From an uncultured Methanosarcinales archaeon (lineage in GTDB: Archaea > Nanobdellota > Nanobdellia > Woesearchaeales > JAGWAF01): a DNA stretch of 59,311 nt. Location: contig CAZQZJ010000003.1 in the NCBI GenBank assembly GCA_964597775.1, positions 1 to 59,311 of the forward strand, in the 5' to 3' direction. Every line of letters starts with the position of its first letter. Within the stretch, counting starts at the first letter, position 1. Positions 46,671 through 57,776 of this stretch are shown here, in pieces. The translations under genes and the position numbers were made by a program. The notes beneath the pieces are model-generated. The model had not been told where the DNA came from, did no database searches, and saw only the letters and a program-made list of their open reading frames with translations.

Positions 46671-48515
46671 ATGATATACCAACCACTACCAACCACACTT
46701 AGATCATTATACCAATCAACTGCAAAGGCTATTGTAGGTCTTACCCTTATTCAGTCCATTGCATTTGCTGGTAATATACCCCAAGCCAACCGCGTTGAGG
46801 TAGCTGATTACTGGAATAGCAACAAAGTCCAACAAATACTTATTGACACCTACAAAAAAAAGAACCCTAAAAACTATACAAGCATTGTAGAATCCATTAA
46901 CAATGCAGCAAACAGCCTACGAGTCAAGATACGAACAACCAATGGAAAAACTGTTGAATTCAAATTACCAAACGAAAATACCTACAGACCAATTCTTACA
47001 GATCAAGAGGTAGTAGGAGGTATTGATAATATTGTTCAAGAATCAGATTTTGAAGAAAAGAATCTCCTAGCTATTCCAACACCAGAGCCATCTCCTACAA
47101 AACCTAGTCTTGAAGAACCCAGACCAGAACAAACAAATGCCACCTATCCACAGATAACCCCAGAACAATTTACAAGCAGACTTGAAGAGATCAGCAAAGA
47201 ACTAATCAATTCCCAAAGACACAAAGCAAATGCTAGACCATACCAAGTGATTCTTACTGATGCTAAGACGTTATGGTACAGCTTTTTAAGAACAGCATAC
47301 CCCTATGTTGCAGAACAAGACATCCCCTTATTTTACCAATATATAATCAAGAGCCCTTATTTTGTCAATCGTGAAGAAAAGCTCCTTCCAACATATAATA
47401 AAGTGGTAGTTTCCGAGCTTGCAAAATTACTAAACCATACCCAAGTAATACAGCAGTATGCACCAAAATTCTCAGAAAAGATACGAGAACAGCTAACACT
47501 AGAAATAAAGATCCTTGAAGAACACAAAAAGAGAATCATACAAAAAGGAAACTGGGCAGAGAATGTCACTGACAAATTCATATTTACAGAGGAGATCAGA
47601 GATTCGCATGTAGAAAATATCAAAAAGGTCGTGATTCGGGCGGAAAGCTACCTACCACGAGATAGCGATGGCAACATCATACAAAAAGACAAACTGGACA
47701 GAAATGGATGGGTTTACTACCATGCCAACAGCGCAATCCGAACCAACAACCCATTTGAAAATGATTTTACACACGCAGAATTTGGCACTACCATGATCAT
47801 GCACGCATTCCAATACAGAAACGAATTTAGCATGGATGCGTGGATCAACCCAGACACATTTGCATGGTACATGGACATGCACCAACGCATAGGCCATGTA
47901 CTTGATGACATGTTTGACCATGTCCAAAAACACACTGACTTACGCGAATATCTCCAAACTTGCCTACAACCAGAACACCTCACTATAAACACTGACTATG
48001 ACGGCAAACCACACTACAAATTTGGATTTACCACTACCAAAGAATATGTTGATGGTTTTGCAGCTGCTCGCAAACATATGGATGATATCTACCAACAAAA
48101 CACATCACTAGCTGGATTTTTGGAAAGATCCTTTCTCAAACTCCCTATACATGTACTTGATCGTTCCTTTATTAATCTCGGAAAAATCGGTGAAGACATA
48201 GGAGAAGGAAAAATCGCACGACTTGCCTCAACAGATGTATGGAGACTACTTAGCAACTACTTTTTTTTTAAGAACTATGAAGCCATGCTACATGGAAACA
48301 CAGACGCCCTTGCATCACACATTCTTTTCGGAGCTGGAGAAACATCACCAAGAGATGCTGCAGAAGGATTATACAATAATTTGACATCATTTGCACGAGA
48401 CAGTGTTGACATGAAAGGACGGCTTGCAGCTGGACTTAGCACCTATTTTAACACAGACTATTTAATCAATGGAGTTCCTGCCTCATATCGGTTTTTACAT
48501 GATTCAATACGATAA
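46671..48515 (+). CDS. Secreted hypothetical protein: shared N-domain, Pro linker and a ~450-aa unknown domain
   Basis: Signal peptide-like N-terminus (...QSIAFA); N-domain near-identical to that of 49784..50557; His-rich helical C-domain. Confidence 0.85.
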   Translation: MIYQPLPTTLRSLYQSTAKAIVGLTLIQSIAFAGNIPQANRVEVADYWNSNKVQQILIDTYKKKNPKNYTSIVESINNAANSLRVKIRTTNGKTVEFKLPNENTYRPILTDQEVVGGIDNIVQESDFEEKNLLAIPTPEPSPTKPSLEEPRPEQTNATYPQITPEQFTSRLEEISKELINSQRHKANARPYQVILTDAKTLWYSFLRTAYPYVAEQDIPLFYQYIIKSPYFVNREEKLLPTYNKVVVSELAKLLNHTQVIQQYAPKFSEKIREQLTLEIKILEEHKKRIIQKGNWAENVTDKFIFTEEIRDSHVENIKKVVIRAESYLPRDSDGNIIQKDKLDRNGWVYYHANSAIRTNNPFENDFTHAEFGTTMIMHAFQYRNEFSMDAWINPDTFAWYMDMHQRIGHVLDDMFDHVQKHTDLREYLQTCLQPEHLTINTDYDGKPHYKFGFTTTKEYVDGFAAARKHMDDIYQQNTSLAGFLERSFLKLPIHVLDRSFINLGKIGEDIGEGKIARLASTDVWRLLSNYFFFKNYEAMLHGNTDALASHILFGAGETSPRDAAEGLYNNLTSFARDSVDMKGRLAAGLSTYFNTDYLINGVPASYRFLHDSIR

Positions 48516-48517
48516 AA

Positions 48518-48566
48518 GTACTTGTTAAGACCCTATCGGTTGCAGAGGCGCTGGCTTAACAAGTAC
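48518..48566. repeat. Stand-alone module B (49 bp)
   Basis: GTACTTGTTAAG-ACCCTATCGGTTGCAGAGGCGCTGG-CTTAACAAGTAC, 2 nt after a stop codon. Confidence 0.92.
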
Positions 48567-48601
48567 CAATAGAACTAATCTTTTTAAAGTTCGAAATCTT
48601 T

Positions 48602-49699
48602 ATGCTAATCATGACTTATTCCAACCTTTCCCCATTACGACCATACATACGACAAATAAGATTACACCTTAAACAAAGATATCTTGGTTTTATTGGAGGC
48701 TCGCTTGGAGAAGATAGCGAACGCAAGGTGCTAACAAATGGAATTATTCGTGATGCCATGATCTACCTAAAATCACAGAATACCCTTATCACAACAAATA
48801 ATTTACAAAAGATCTTATTTGACACACAATGTAGATTAAATTATGAATTTCTTGAAAGCCACAGCCCTACCTATATCTTATTTGATAAGTCGGCTCAACA
48901 CGATGCTATCAAAGCACGCAATATATTTATTAAACAGAATATACAGAATGATACTGCAATATTTACTGAGACATCTACACAAGAACAAGATCCTATTTAT
49001 CAAGTTGATAATAGCATCAACATAACACCAAACAAACAAGAAGCTCAGAAAACACAAACACAACAACAAGAAGGAATTAGTACAGACCATTCTTCACAAC
49101 CTAATAACACACAACAAGCAAGATATACACTAAACCTTTCCCCACCACCTAATGAAAACGAGAGATTTCACAAACTCTACAAAAAATTAGATTATTTGAT
49201 TCTTGGAGGCATCGTAGGTATTGCTGCTGGCGCAATAAGCGTATACACCCTATCCCAGCTAGGAAAGGTTACACATTACGACCTACGCAGCAGATTGCAT
49301 GAAGTGCGCAAAGAAATAGTAGGATCAAAAAATACACTAGATGCTAGTAAGCAAGTAGAACTTGTAAAAAAGATTGATACTATCACAAATCTTGTTCTGA
49401 AATCTGCAACAAAAACTACATCACTTGAAACACAATTAAGAAAAGTTGAAAAACAACTTGGAGATATTCAGCATGTTGTTACTCAAGACAAAACAACAAA
49501 AGAATTACAAACCCTACAACAACGTCTTAATAATATATATGCCCAATTATCTGACCTTAAAAAACAAAAGAATACTGAGAAAACACCAGTTTCTATAATA
49601 CATTCTTCTGAGACAAAAAAAAGACAAGATACTACAAACAAACCTGTTGACTCAACTCTTCTAAAATTACAGAAAGCACTCAAGACTGCAGGCTTCTAG
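48602..49699 (+). CDS. Single-TM coiled-coil protein
   Basis: Gln-rich linker, TM YLILGGIVGIAAGAISVY and C-terminal coiled coil. Confidence 0.75.
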   Translation: MLIMTYSNLSPLRPYIRQIRLHLKQRYLGFIGGSLGEDSERKVLTNGIIRDAMIYLKSQNTLITTNNLQKILFDTQCRLNYEFLESHSPTYILFDKSAQHDAIKARNIFIKQNIQNDTAIFTETSTQEQDPIYQVDNSINITPNKQEAQKTQTQQQEGISTDHSSQPNNTQQARYTLNLSPPPNENERFHKLYKKLDYLILGGIVGIAAGAISVYTLSQLGKVTHYDLRSRLHEVRKEIVGSKNTLDASKQVELVKKIDTITNLVLKSATKTTSLETQLRKVEKQLGDIQHVVTQDKTTKELQTLQQRLNNIYAQLSDLKKQKNTEKTPVSIIHSSETKKRQDTTNKPVDSTLLKLQKALKTAGF

Positions 49700-49783
49700 A
49701 TTTTTTAAATGATGATTTTCACCTCAACTTTATAAATATGTTACTACTTCTAAAAAGTAATTATTAGATTTGGGGGGGTTGCA

Positions 49784-50557
49784 ATGAAATATACAACATC
49801 AGCACAAGACTTGTTTACATCATTATACAAAACAACTGCTAAATGTATAGCAGGAATTACCCTACTCCAATCAATTGCATTTGCAGACACTATACCACAA
49901 ACATATCGAGTTGAAGTTGCTGATTATTGGAACAGCAACAAAGTCCAACAAATACTTATTGACACCTACAAAAAAAAGGATCCTAAAAACTATACTGACC
50001 TTGTAGAATCCATTAACAATGCAGCAAACAGCCTACGAGTCAAGATACGAACAACCAATGGAAAAACTGTTGAATTCAAATTACCAAACGAAAATACCTA
50101 CAGACCAATTCTTACAGATCAAGATGTAGTAGGAGGTATTGATAATATTGTTCAAGAATTAGATTCTGAAGAAGAAACCACAGGATTTGAATACAAACCA
50201 TTGCCACTTCCTTCTCCAGAACCTACGCCAAGCCCTGCACCACAGACTCCTCCTTCTTATTCTGATTCACGTCCTAAGATTCCTTTGGATGTTCCTGGTC
50301 CAGAATATGACAGCAGATTAAATAACACAGAAAAAAGTCCAGAAGAACACCGTACACGTATCAACAATGCAGTTCCTATTATTCTAGGAGGTACAATCTT
50401 ATACCTTATTTTGAGAGGAAGAGGTAGTAGCAGAAGCAACCAAGCTCCAGCAAGGGGCAGTATTGGAAGCGGTTCTGGAGGAGGCGGAGGAAGTGGTAGT
50501 GGAACAAGCCCTGGATTTAACCCAAATAATCACATTGGCCCTGGAGACACTAGATAG
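49784..50557 (+). CDS. Secreted or anchored protein: shared N-domain, Pro linker, TM and Gly-rich tail
   Basis: Same N-domain as 46671..48515; TM AVPIILGGTILYLIL; GSGGGGGSG tail. Confidence 0.85.
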   Translation: MKYTTSAQDLFTSLYKTTAKCIAGITLLQSIAFADTIPQTYRVEVADYWNSNKVQQILIDTYKKKDPKNYTDLVESINNAANSLRVKIRTTNGKTVEFKLPNENTYRPILTDQDVVGGIDNIVQELDSEEETTGFEYKPLPLPSPEPTPSPAPQTPPSYSDSRPKIPLDVPGPEYDSRLNNTEKSPEEHRTRINNAVPIILGGTILYLILRGRGSSRSNQAPARGSIGSGSGGGGGSGSGTSPGFNPNNHIGPGDTR

Positions 50558-50566
50558 GAAACACCT

Positions 50567-53539
50567 ATGAGATCAACTATATCAGGAATTGGACTACTGC
50601 TTATTATCACTACATTTACCTTAGTTTTAGCAACTCAAACACAAGGATTCTTAATGCGCACAGCTGGATTTGACTTTAACACAAATCTTTCAATCCCAAG
50701 CACCATCACTTTTGGCGGACAAAACTTTAACGCCAACCCAGTTGTAGACATTCCTAATGTTCAAGGAAACCTTGCACAAGAAATCACACATGCATCACCT
50801 GGATATATTACTGATACTGACGATATTTTCTTTGACAACCAACTCACAAACTGCACAACACAACCCCTTTGCCAGATGAGCGTGTTCTTACCACCAGGAG
50901 GATTGTTTAACACAACATGCAAAATTGACACCATATTTAATGATTATAACTGCATTATCACAAATAATGGACTTGAGAGCAGATTCTTCTGGAAACCAAC
51001 AGAAAACAGAGTAACAGTACACAACTTCTTAGTTAGCCAAACAGAATCACAAATCAATCCACCACCATCAATTGCTGCTATAGTAAACCCACTAAACGGC
51101 ACTGCACCACTAGCAGTCACATTCACAATCTCTATCACAGACAACAGCCGAGTTGAGAGTGCACAGATTATTTTTGGTGATGGAACTACGCAAGGCATTG
51201 GAACAACAGCGAGTGTAAATCACATCTACACTAATGGAGGAAGCTTTAAAGCAATCATTGTAGCGTTTGATGACAGAGGCTTATCAGCAACACGGAATTT
51301 TACCATTACAAGCACAGGACCACCTGCACCTGTATTTAACAACACCATTCTCTTTACACTCAATACGCAAAGCGTTGATTTTAACACCAACCAAACCATC
51401 TCACCAAGCACAATAATATTCAACAATTTTTTAACAACCACTACAAAAACTGCAAATCCACAAGCAATATTTAGTTTGTCAAGTAACACCATCGTAGAAA
51501 TAACACATACAGCTACAGGATATCTAAATGATACTGATGACCTTTACCTTGATTTCCAACTACCTACATGCTCAGACACAGTGTGCAATATATCATCACT
51601 AAATACCAACGGACAACTCTTCACCACCAACTGCTTACTCAACACAACACCAAACCAATACCTGTGCACTGTAAAAAACCAAGGACTCACAAGCAACTTT
51701 ATCTACAACAATGGCACAACCACAGCAACCTACACCAACTTTCTTGTAGCACAAAACACAACACAAAATGGTACACAAAACCAAGCACCAAATATCACAG
51801 TAGCCTCAATAAATCCAACAACAGGAAATGCACCACTCACACCATTCTTTATACACAATGTAACTGACGATGGACAAGTAAACTCAGTACTCTGGATATT
51901 TGGAGACGGCACAACTCAAAACTTTGGCTCAAACGCAGCATTTACACATATATATAATACACCAGGAACATACACAGCAACAATAGCTGCATTTGATAAT
52001 CAAGGACTTAGCACATCTAGAAATTTCCAGATTATTGTTAATGGCACAAGCACAAACACACCACCCACAATCATCTTAGCAAGCGTAAACCCACTTAACG
52101 GAACCATACCACTCACTGTAAACTTTTCTGCAAATGTAACAGATGACACTGGAATCTCAAATGTGATCTGGATATTTGGAGATGGCCAACAACAAGCTGT
52201 ATCAGCAAACAGCCAAATTACACACCTCTACCCTTTTGCTGGAACGTTTCAAGCAACCTTACTAGCTACTGACAATCAAGGTGCACAAACAACAAGAATA
52301 TTCACCATCACAACCACAAATGCAACTACACCTGGAAATCAAACAAACCAAGCACCAAACATTACTGCAAGTGTTATTCCTAATGTTGGAAACGTTCCAT
52401 TAACTGCACTATTTAATGCAAATGTAACAGATGATGGAAGTGTTGCAAGAGTAACCTGGTTTTTTGGCGATGGTCAAACACAAAACGTTTCAGCACACAG
52501 CACCATCTTCCATACTTATACAAATCAAGGAAGCTTTATTCCAGTTATCCTAGCAACAGATAACCAAGGAGTATCAAGTTCACGATCATTTAGCATCACT
52601 ATTAACCCACCAAATCCAAACAACACAGCGCCCCACATATTTGCAACAGTAACACCACTTCGAGGCAATCTTCTTTTAACTACAACATTTTTTGTTAATG
52701 CTACAGATCCAGATGGATTTTCCTCAGTTGCATGGTTTTTTGGCGATGGAACAAGCCAGATTGTAAATCCGCTTAGTGCTATTAACCATATCTACACAAC
52801 TGTGGGAAGATTTATTGCACAACTTGTTGCCATAGACACTTTTGGCCTTGCATCATTTCTAAATTTCACCATTGATGTGGCAGCAAGCGGAGTGAATCAA
52901 ACACCATTACTTGGACCAAACATTGCTGCAAGCGCAGAACCATTATCTGGCACAGCACCACTCATAGTCACCTTTACTACAAATATTACACCAAACAATG
53001 CCTCTATTGTAAGCGTTGTGTGGCTGTTTGGAGATGGATCATTTCAAGGAGTAGGAAATAATAGCCAAATCACACACACTTATACACAACCTGGATTGTT
53101 TACTGCACAGATTATAGCAACAGATGCACAGAACAAAACAACTGCTAAACAATTTGTCATTTCTGTAAATGCAGACAATGCCAAGACTACTGAGGAAGAA
53201 CCTCTTGTAAAACTTTTTGTAAACAGCATCTTTTTACCAAATGCCTATGATCTTAAACCAGGAGAAGACCTTGAAGGTGCTATCACATTTAAGAGTACTG
53301 GAGATTTACGACTCAATAAGATGCACGTTACTATGATGATCCCTGAACTAGGTATCTACACACGAAAAGGCCCTGTTGATCTAGGAGGCAAGGGACGATC
53401 TATTAACATCCCTATCAGACTCCCTATCCCAGATGATACACAACCTGGTGAATATACTATCCGAGTAAGTATAAGCAATGATGATACACGACGAACCATT
53501 CACAGAGAAACTGTGATTCGCGTGAGCAATGGTGATTAA
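50567..53539 (+). CDS. Surface protein with six PKD domains and two Cys4 repeats
   Basis: Signal peptide, six P-x-G-x-x-PL...(W)xFGDG...H-x-Y units and a C-terminal Ig/CARDB-like domain. Confidence 0.9.
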   Translation: MRSTISGIGLLLIITTFTLVLATQTQGFLMRTAGFDFNTNLSIPSTITFGGQNFNANPVVDIPNVQGNLAQEITHASPGYITDTDDIFFDNQLTNCTTQPLCQMSVFLPPGGLFNTTCKIDTIFNDYNCIITNNGLESRFFWKPTENRVTVHNFLVSQTESQINPPPSIAAIVNPLNGTAPLAVTFTISITDNSRVESAQIIFGDGTTQGIGTTASVNHIYTNGGSFKAIIVAFDDRGLSATRNFTITSTGPPAPVFNNTILFTLNTQSVDFNTNQTISPSTIIFNNFLTTTTKTANPQAIFSLSSNTIVEITHTATGYLNDTDDLYLDFQLPTCSDTVCNISSLNTNGQLFTTNCLLNTTPNQYLCTVKNQGLTSNFIYNNGTTTATYTNFLVAQNTTQNGTQNQAPNITVASINPTTGNAPLTPFFIHNVTDDGQVNSVLWIFGDGTTQNFGSNAAFTHIYNTPGTYTATIAAFDNQGLSTSRNFQIIVNGTSTNTPPTIILASVNPLNGTIPLTVNFSANVTDDTGISNVIWIFGDGQQQAVSANSQITHLYPFAGTFQATLLATDNQGAQTTRIFTITTTNATTPGNQTNQAPNITASVIPNVGNVPLTALFNANVTDDGSVARVTWFFGDGQTQNVSAHSTIFHTYTNQGSFIPVILATDNQGVSSSRSFSITINPPNPNNTAPHIFATVTPLRGNLLLTTTFFVNATDPDGFSSVAWFFGDGTSQIVNPLSAINHIYTTVGRFIAQLVAIDTFGLASFLNFTIDVAASGVNQTPLLGPNIAASAEPLSGTAPLIVTFTTNITPNNASIVSVVWLFGDGSFQGVGNNSQITHTYTQPGLFTAQIIATDAQNKTTAKQFVISVNADNAKTTEEEPLVKLFVNSIFLPNAYDLKPGEDLEGAITFKSTGDLRLNKMHVTMMIPELGIYTRKGPVDLGGKGRSINIPIRLPIPDDTQPGEYTIRVSISNDDTRRTIHRETVIRVSNGD

Positions 53540-53661
53540 GTAAATGAAGACGCTATTAAATACACTATTAAGTAGGTATTACTGTTCACTACTACAAAAT
53601 AAGAATAATGAAAACCTTTAAATAGAAGTAGGCTTTCCAGCCTGCATTGAGGGGTATTATC

Positions 53662-54960
53662 ATGAACCAAAAAAGATATTCATTAGGCATTTTATTGGTG
53701 ATGGTCATATCACTTTTTGCAATATCTTTAGTACACGCAGCACCTATTGCGATTCGCATTGATGAGGTTAGAGTAGACGACTTTGTTCTATTGCCTAATG
53801 AAGTAAATAGACTGGATATTCAACGCGGACAAGAAATCCCTGTTGACATTAAACTTACTGCTCTTAATGACACGAAAAATGTTGAGGTTGAAGCATTTAT
53901 CTCAGGCTTTGAATTCAATGACATTGAACCTATACAAGACTCAACTAGACTTTTTGATGCAGACACCAATGTATCCTATATCAAACGCCTTCGATTACGC
54001 ATCTCAGATGATGTAGACGAGGACGACTACAAACTTCGAATCATTATATCTGATAGAAACGGCGACCAACTTATTCAAACATACAGCCTTAAACTTGACG
54101 TACCAAGACACAGCCTACGGCTTGAAGATGTTATTTTCACACCACAAGACAACGTGATTGCTGGCAAGGCATTACTAACTACAGTTCGATTAGAAAACAA
54201 AGGAGAAAAACGCGAAGATGACGTACGCGTTACTGTTTCAATTCCAGAATTAGGAGTACAAGCAACAGATTACATTGATGAATTACGTGTCAATGACGAA
54301 GAAGAAACAGAAGAACTCTTCCTAAAAATCCCTGCAAATGCCAAATCAGGAAAATACCTTATCCGAGTAGATGTTGAATTCCAACAACGCCATAACAAAC
54401 TCTCAGCAACCAAAACAATCAATATCATTGGAACTGAAGACGGCGCTACAACAGGAATTGATGGCACTAAAGAAACACCAAAAGCAATAATTAGTGTAAA
54501 CTCACAACTTGAAAGCACCCAGGCAGGAAAATCAGCCATATTCCCTATCACTGTACAAAACAATGCAGCAGGAAGCAAAATTGTTGTAGTTACTGTCTCT
54601 GGCACTGATGAGTTTGCTGATATACAAATCAACCCAACAGGAACAATGATTATTGACAGCAAGGAACTAAAACTCTTCACAATCCAGATTACACCATATG
54701 AAGATGCACTATTAGGAACAAAAGTATTCAAAGCTACAATTAAAGTTGGGGACTCAATATCTAAAGAGATTCCACTTACAATCAATATTACAGAACCAGT
54801 GGCATCAAGTATGCAAACTGTAAAAAAAATTCTTGAAGGTGCATTAGTCTTTTTTGTAATCCTCCTTGTTGTCATAGGTCTTGCAATAGCATCAAGAAAA
54901 CAACGAGAACAAAAAGAAGGTTCATCGTCATCTATCACCCAGATGCAGACCTATTATTGA
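53662..54960 (+). CDS. S-layer-like Ig/CARDB-domain protein with a C-terminal anchor
   Basis: Signal peptide, beta-rich domains (VRLENKGEKREDDVRV) and C-terminal TM; ATG at 53662. Confidence 0.8.
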   Translation: MNQKRYSLGILLVMVISLFAISLVHAAPIAIRIDEVRVDDFVLLPNEVNRLDIQRGQEIPVDIKLTALNDTKNVEVEAFISGFEFNDIEPIQDSTRLFDADTNVSYIKRLRLRISDDVDEDDYKLRIIISDRNGDQLIQTYSLKLDVPRHSLRLEDVIFTPQDNVIAGKALLTTVRLENKGEKREDDVRVTVSIPELGVQATDYIDELRVNDEEETEELFLKIPANAKSGKYLIRVDVEFQQRHNKLSATKTINIIGTEDGATTGIDGTKETPKAIISVNSQLESTQAGKSAIFPITVQNNAAGSKIVVVTVSGTDEFADIQINPTGTMIIDSKELKLFTIQITPYEDALLGTKVFKATIKVGDSISKEIPLTINITEPVASSMQTVKKILEGALVFFVILLVVIGLAIASRKQREQKEGSSSSITQMQTYY

Positions 54961-55059
54961 GTTCTTACAAGGTCATACAGAAGATAAATAGGAGGATGCT
55001 TTGTTGGGAATGGAAAGAACCCTACCACACATGAGCACCTATGGGGAAATATTGCAACG

Positions 55060-57702
55060 ATGAAAAAGCTAACCTATTATGGACTAATCATCCTCATCAT
55101 ATTCTTATCAGTAAAGGCTGCACTAGCACAAGGAATTGATATAGAAATCACCACATCACAATTACCATCTCCCCCATGCACGCCACAAATCTTTGATCTG
55201 AACATTATCAATCTCGAAACTGAATTTATTGATGAATACACCTTTAATTTAGACCAACTCAATGATTTCGCCACCTTTTCTAAACCCTCTCTAACACTTG
55301 CACCAGAACAAATTGGAACAACACGATTAAGTATTATCCTACCATGCGACCAATACGGACGATTTGACATACAACTTCAAACCAAAAACCAAGGCAGCAA
55401 CGAGATATTTCTAACACCACTTATTTTTGAAATCTTACCAACAGGCATTCCAAAGATAGCACCAGATGTTGATATTATTATCATCCCAGAAAATAAAAGT
55501 CAAGCCAAGATTAGAGTAAAAAACCTTGGCAATGAAGATACTACCTACAAGGTGAGTGTAGAGGATGCTGATTTTGTCAATGCATCAGTTACCCAAATCA
55601 GCATACCAGGCGGTGAAGAATCATCTTTTAAACTTATTATTGACCCACCAAAAGAACTCAGATTTCAAGACTACCCAATAACCATTGTATTACAGACCAC
55701 ATCCACTGGAATTGAGTATGCACGCCAGATCATTCTTAGACACCAAAAAGAATCCAAACTTAAAACACTCTTCACACAACAAATCATTTCAATCCTTGCT
55801 AGCATATGCTTAATAGGACTAGCAATATTTGGAACCACCAGACTCAAACACCACCTTAACAACACAAAAGATGAACGATTACAACGAAGATTAGAACGCA
55901 AAGCACAAAAAGAAGCTGCAAAAGAAGAAAGACGCCAAACAAAGAAGCAGAAAAGACTTGAAAACATAAGACAACAACAAGCAAAGGAATTAGCTAAACT
56001 TACTCTCAAGGAAGAAAGACAATTAGCACGAACCAAAGCCAAACACGAACAATGGCACACAGCACTTATTCCTATCTTAGAAAAAGAGATTAAACAAGAA
56101 AATCTAGTAATACCAAAAACTTCACAGGATAGACCAGGAAGAAAATTATTTTGGCTAATCACTACAATTATTGTTATCTTATTAGGAATAGGAGGATACA
56201 CTATTCGTGATGTCCTACCTGAATACCTTATCTTTATTACCAGCGGATTTTTAATGGGAATTACATGCCTTTTACTCTACAAATTCATAACTAAAAGACG
56301 AACTGAATGGCTAAAAATAAAACTCTTTAATGAGGTTCACACACTTAAACAACAACTGCGTGAAAACCTCACAAGAGAAAATATTGTTGTAAAAAAAACA
56401 GATATTAAATTATTACGCGGATCTCACACCAAACAATGGCTTGTACTTGGCATATTTATTATTATCCTATTTGGAATAAGTTTAACATCCTGGCTTTTTA
56501 GAGAAACCATAGCAAACCAGGCATTGATGCTAACTCTAGCAACAGCAGGTTCTGCAACACTTCTTTTTATCTTAGGATGCATTAGCACTTATCAGCAACA
56601 CAAAAATACAACCATCACCCCATTAGGAGACATTCCTACAAATAGACTTGTAAACCTTAACACACACCACAACAGTGGCCTAACAAACTGCACTATCAAA
56701 ATAAAATCAAGCACTGAAGGACTTATTATTGGCACATATATACACCACTCACAACCCACATTCACTGACCCAGACGGAATTCCATACAAATTCATAGAAC
56801 TACGATCAAATGCAGACAGAAACATTGAAAGAATACAATTAACATTTTCCATACCAAAATCCTGGCTAAAACACAACACCATAACAAAAGAAGCAGTCAT
56901 ACTACAACGCTACAGCGGAGGACGATGGAAACCGCTTACTACACAAGAAATAAACGAAGACCTAACAAAAATTATATACAACGCTGAATCTGAGGGCATT
57001 GGCTTTTTTGCTATTAGCGGCAAATCAGAACCCAAACCAAAACCAACAAACAAGCAACCTCCTACTGAACCTGAAATAAAGATTCGACGAAAGATTCTAG
57101 CACCTGAAAAGGTTGACGCACTTTTTGAAACCAGAACATCAAAAAGAATGCTACCAACAAAAAAAATAGCCATTATACTCGGAATCTTACTTATCCTCCT
57201 TAGCCTGGTAGCAGGTTCATACTATCTTCTCCTCCAACAGATACAGATTCAACCAAAACAAACAACAATTGATACAACACTAGAAAATCTAAGCAACGAA
57301 ATTTCTCAAACCACTAGAGAGATTGCTGGTATTACAAATTTATCAGGCGGCATACCAAACCAGCTTATTAATGGATCTGCAACCCTAATTAACCTTAACC
57401 AATACTTCCAAGACCCTGAACAAGAATCACTAATCTTTTCAAACACACCTGCAGAAAACCTTACTATTTCCTATGAAAACGGTATTGCAACTATTAACTC
57501 AAAACCAGGATTTAGTGGAGATGAAATCATCTTATTTACAGCAACTGACCCTTATAACAACAGTGTATCATCAAACCCAGTAATTATATCAATAATCCAG
57601 CAACCCACACAAAAAGTTATTTCTTCAAACCTGCTAATTATTATTGCCTTTGGATTAGTCTTCATTACCCTAATTATTGCACTCTTATTCCTTCGACGCT
57701 GA
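55060..57702 (+). CDS. Multi-pass surface protein with a PGF-pre-PGF-like domain
   Basis: Signal peptide, two Ig-like domains, TM, charged coil, two TM hairpins, IPKSWL...LQRYSGGRWKPL...GFFAIS, cadherin-like domain and C-terminal TM. Confidence 0.8.
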   Translation: MKKLTYYGLIILIIFLSVKAALAQGIDIEITTSQLPSPPCTPQIFDLNIINLETEFIDEYTFNLDQLNDFATFSKPSLTLAPEQIGTTRLSIILPCDQYGRFDIQLQTKNQGSNEIFLTPLIFEILPTGIPKIAPDVDIIIIPENKSQAKIRVKNLGNEDTTYKVSVEDADFVNASVTQISIPGGEESSFKLIIDPPKELRFQDYPITIVLQTTSTGIEYARQIILRHQKESKLKTLFTQQIISILASICLIGLAIFGTTRLKHHLNNTKDERLQRRLERKAQKEAAKEERRQTKKQKRLENIRQQQAKELAKLTLKEERQLARTKAKHEQWHTALIPILEKEIKQENLVIPKTSQDRPGRKLFWLITTIIVILLGIGGYTIRDVLPEYLIFITSGFLMGITCLLLYKFITKRRTEWLKIKLFNEVHTLKQQLRENLTRENIVVKKTDIKLLRGSHTKQWLVLGIFIIILFGISLTSWLFRETIANQALMLTLATAGSATLLFILGCISTYQQHKNTTITPLGDIPTNRLVNLNTHHNSGLTNCTIKIKSSTEGLIIGTYIHHSQPTFTDPDGIPYKFIELRSNADRNIERIQLTFSIPKSWLKHNTITKEAVILQRYSGGRWKPLTTQEINEDLTKIIYNAESEGIGFFAISGKSEPKPKPTNKQPPTEPEIKIRRKILAPEKVDALFETRTSKRMLPTKKIAIILGILLILLSLVAGSYYLLLQQIQIQPKQTTIDTTLENLSNEISQTTREIAGITNLSGGIPNQLINGSATLINLNQYFQDPEQESLIFSNTPAENLTISYENGIATINSKPGFSGDEIILFTATDPYNNSVSSNPVIISIIQQPTQKVISSNLLIIIAFGLVFITLIIALLFLRR

Positions 57703-57776
57703 AAAGAATTCTTAGATGAAAAATGATGACTCACATATCAAGATTTATAAACCAAACACAGATTCAGAGCATAGCC

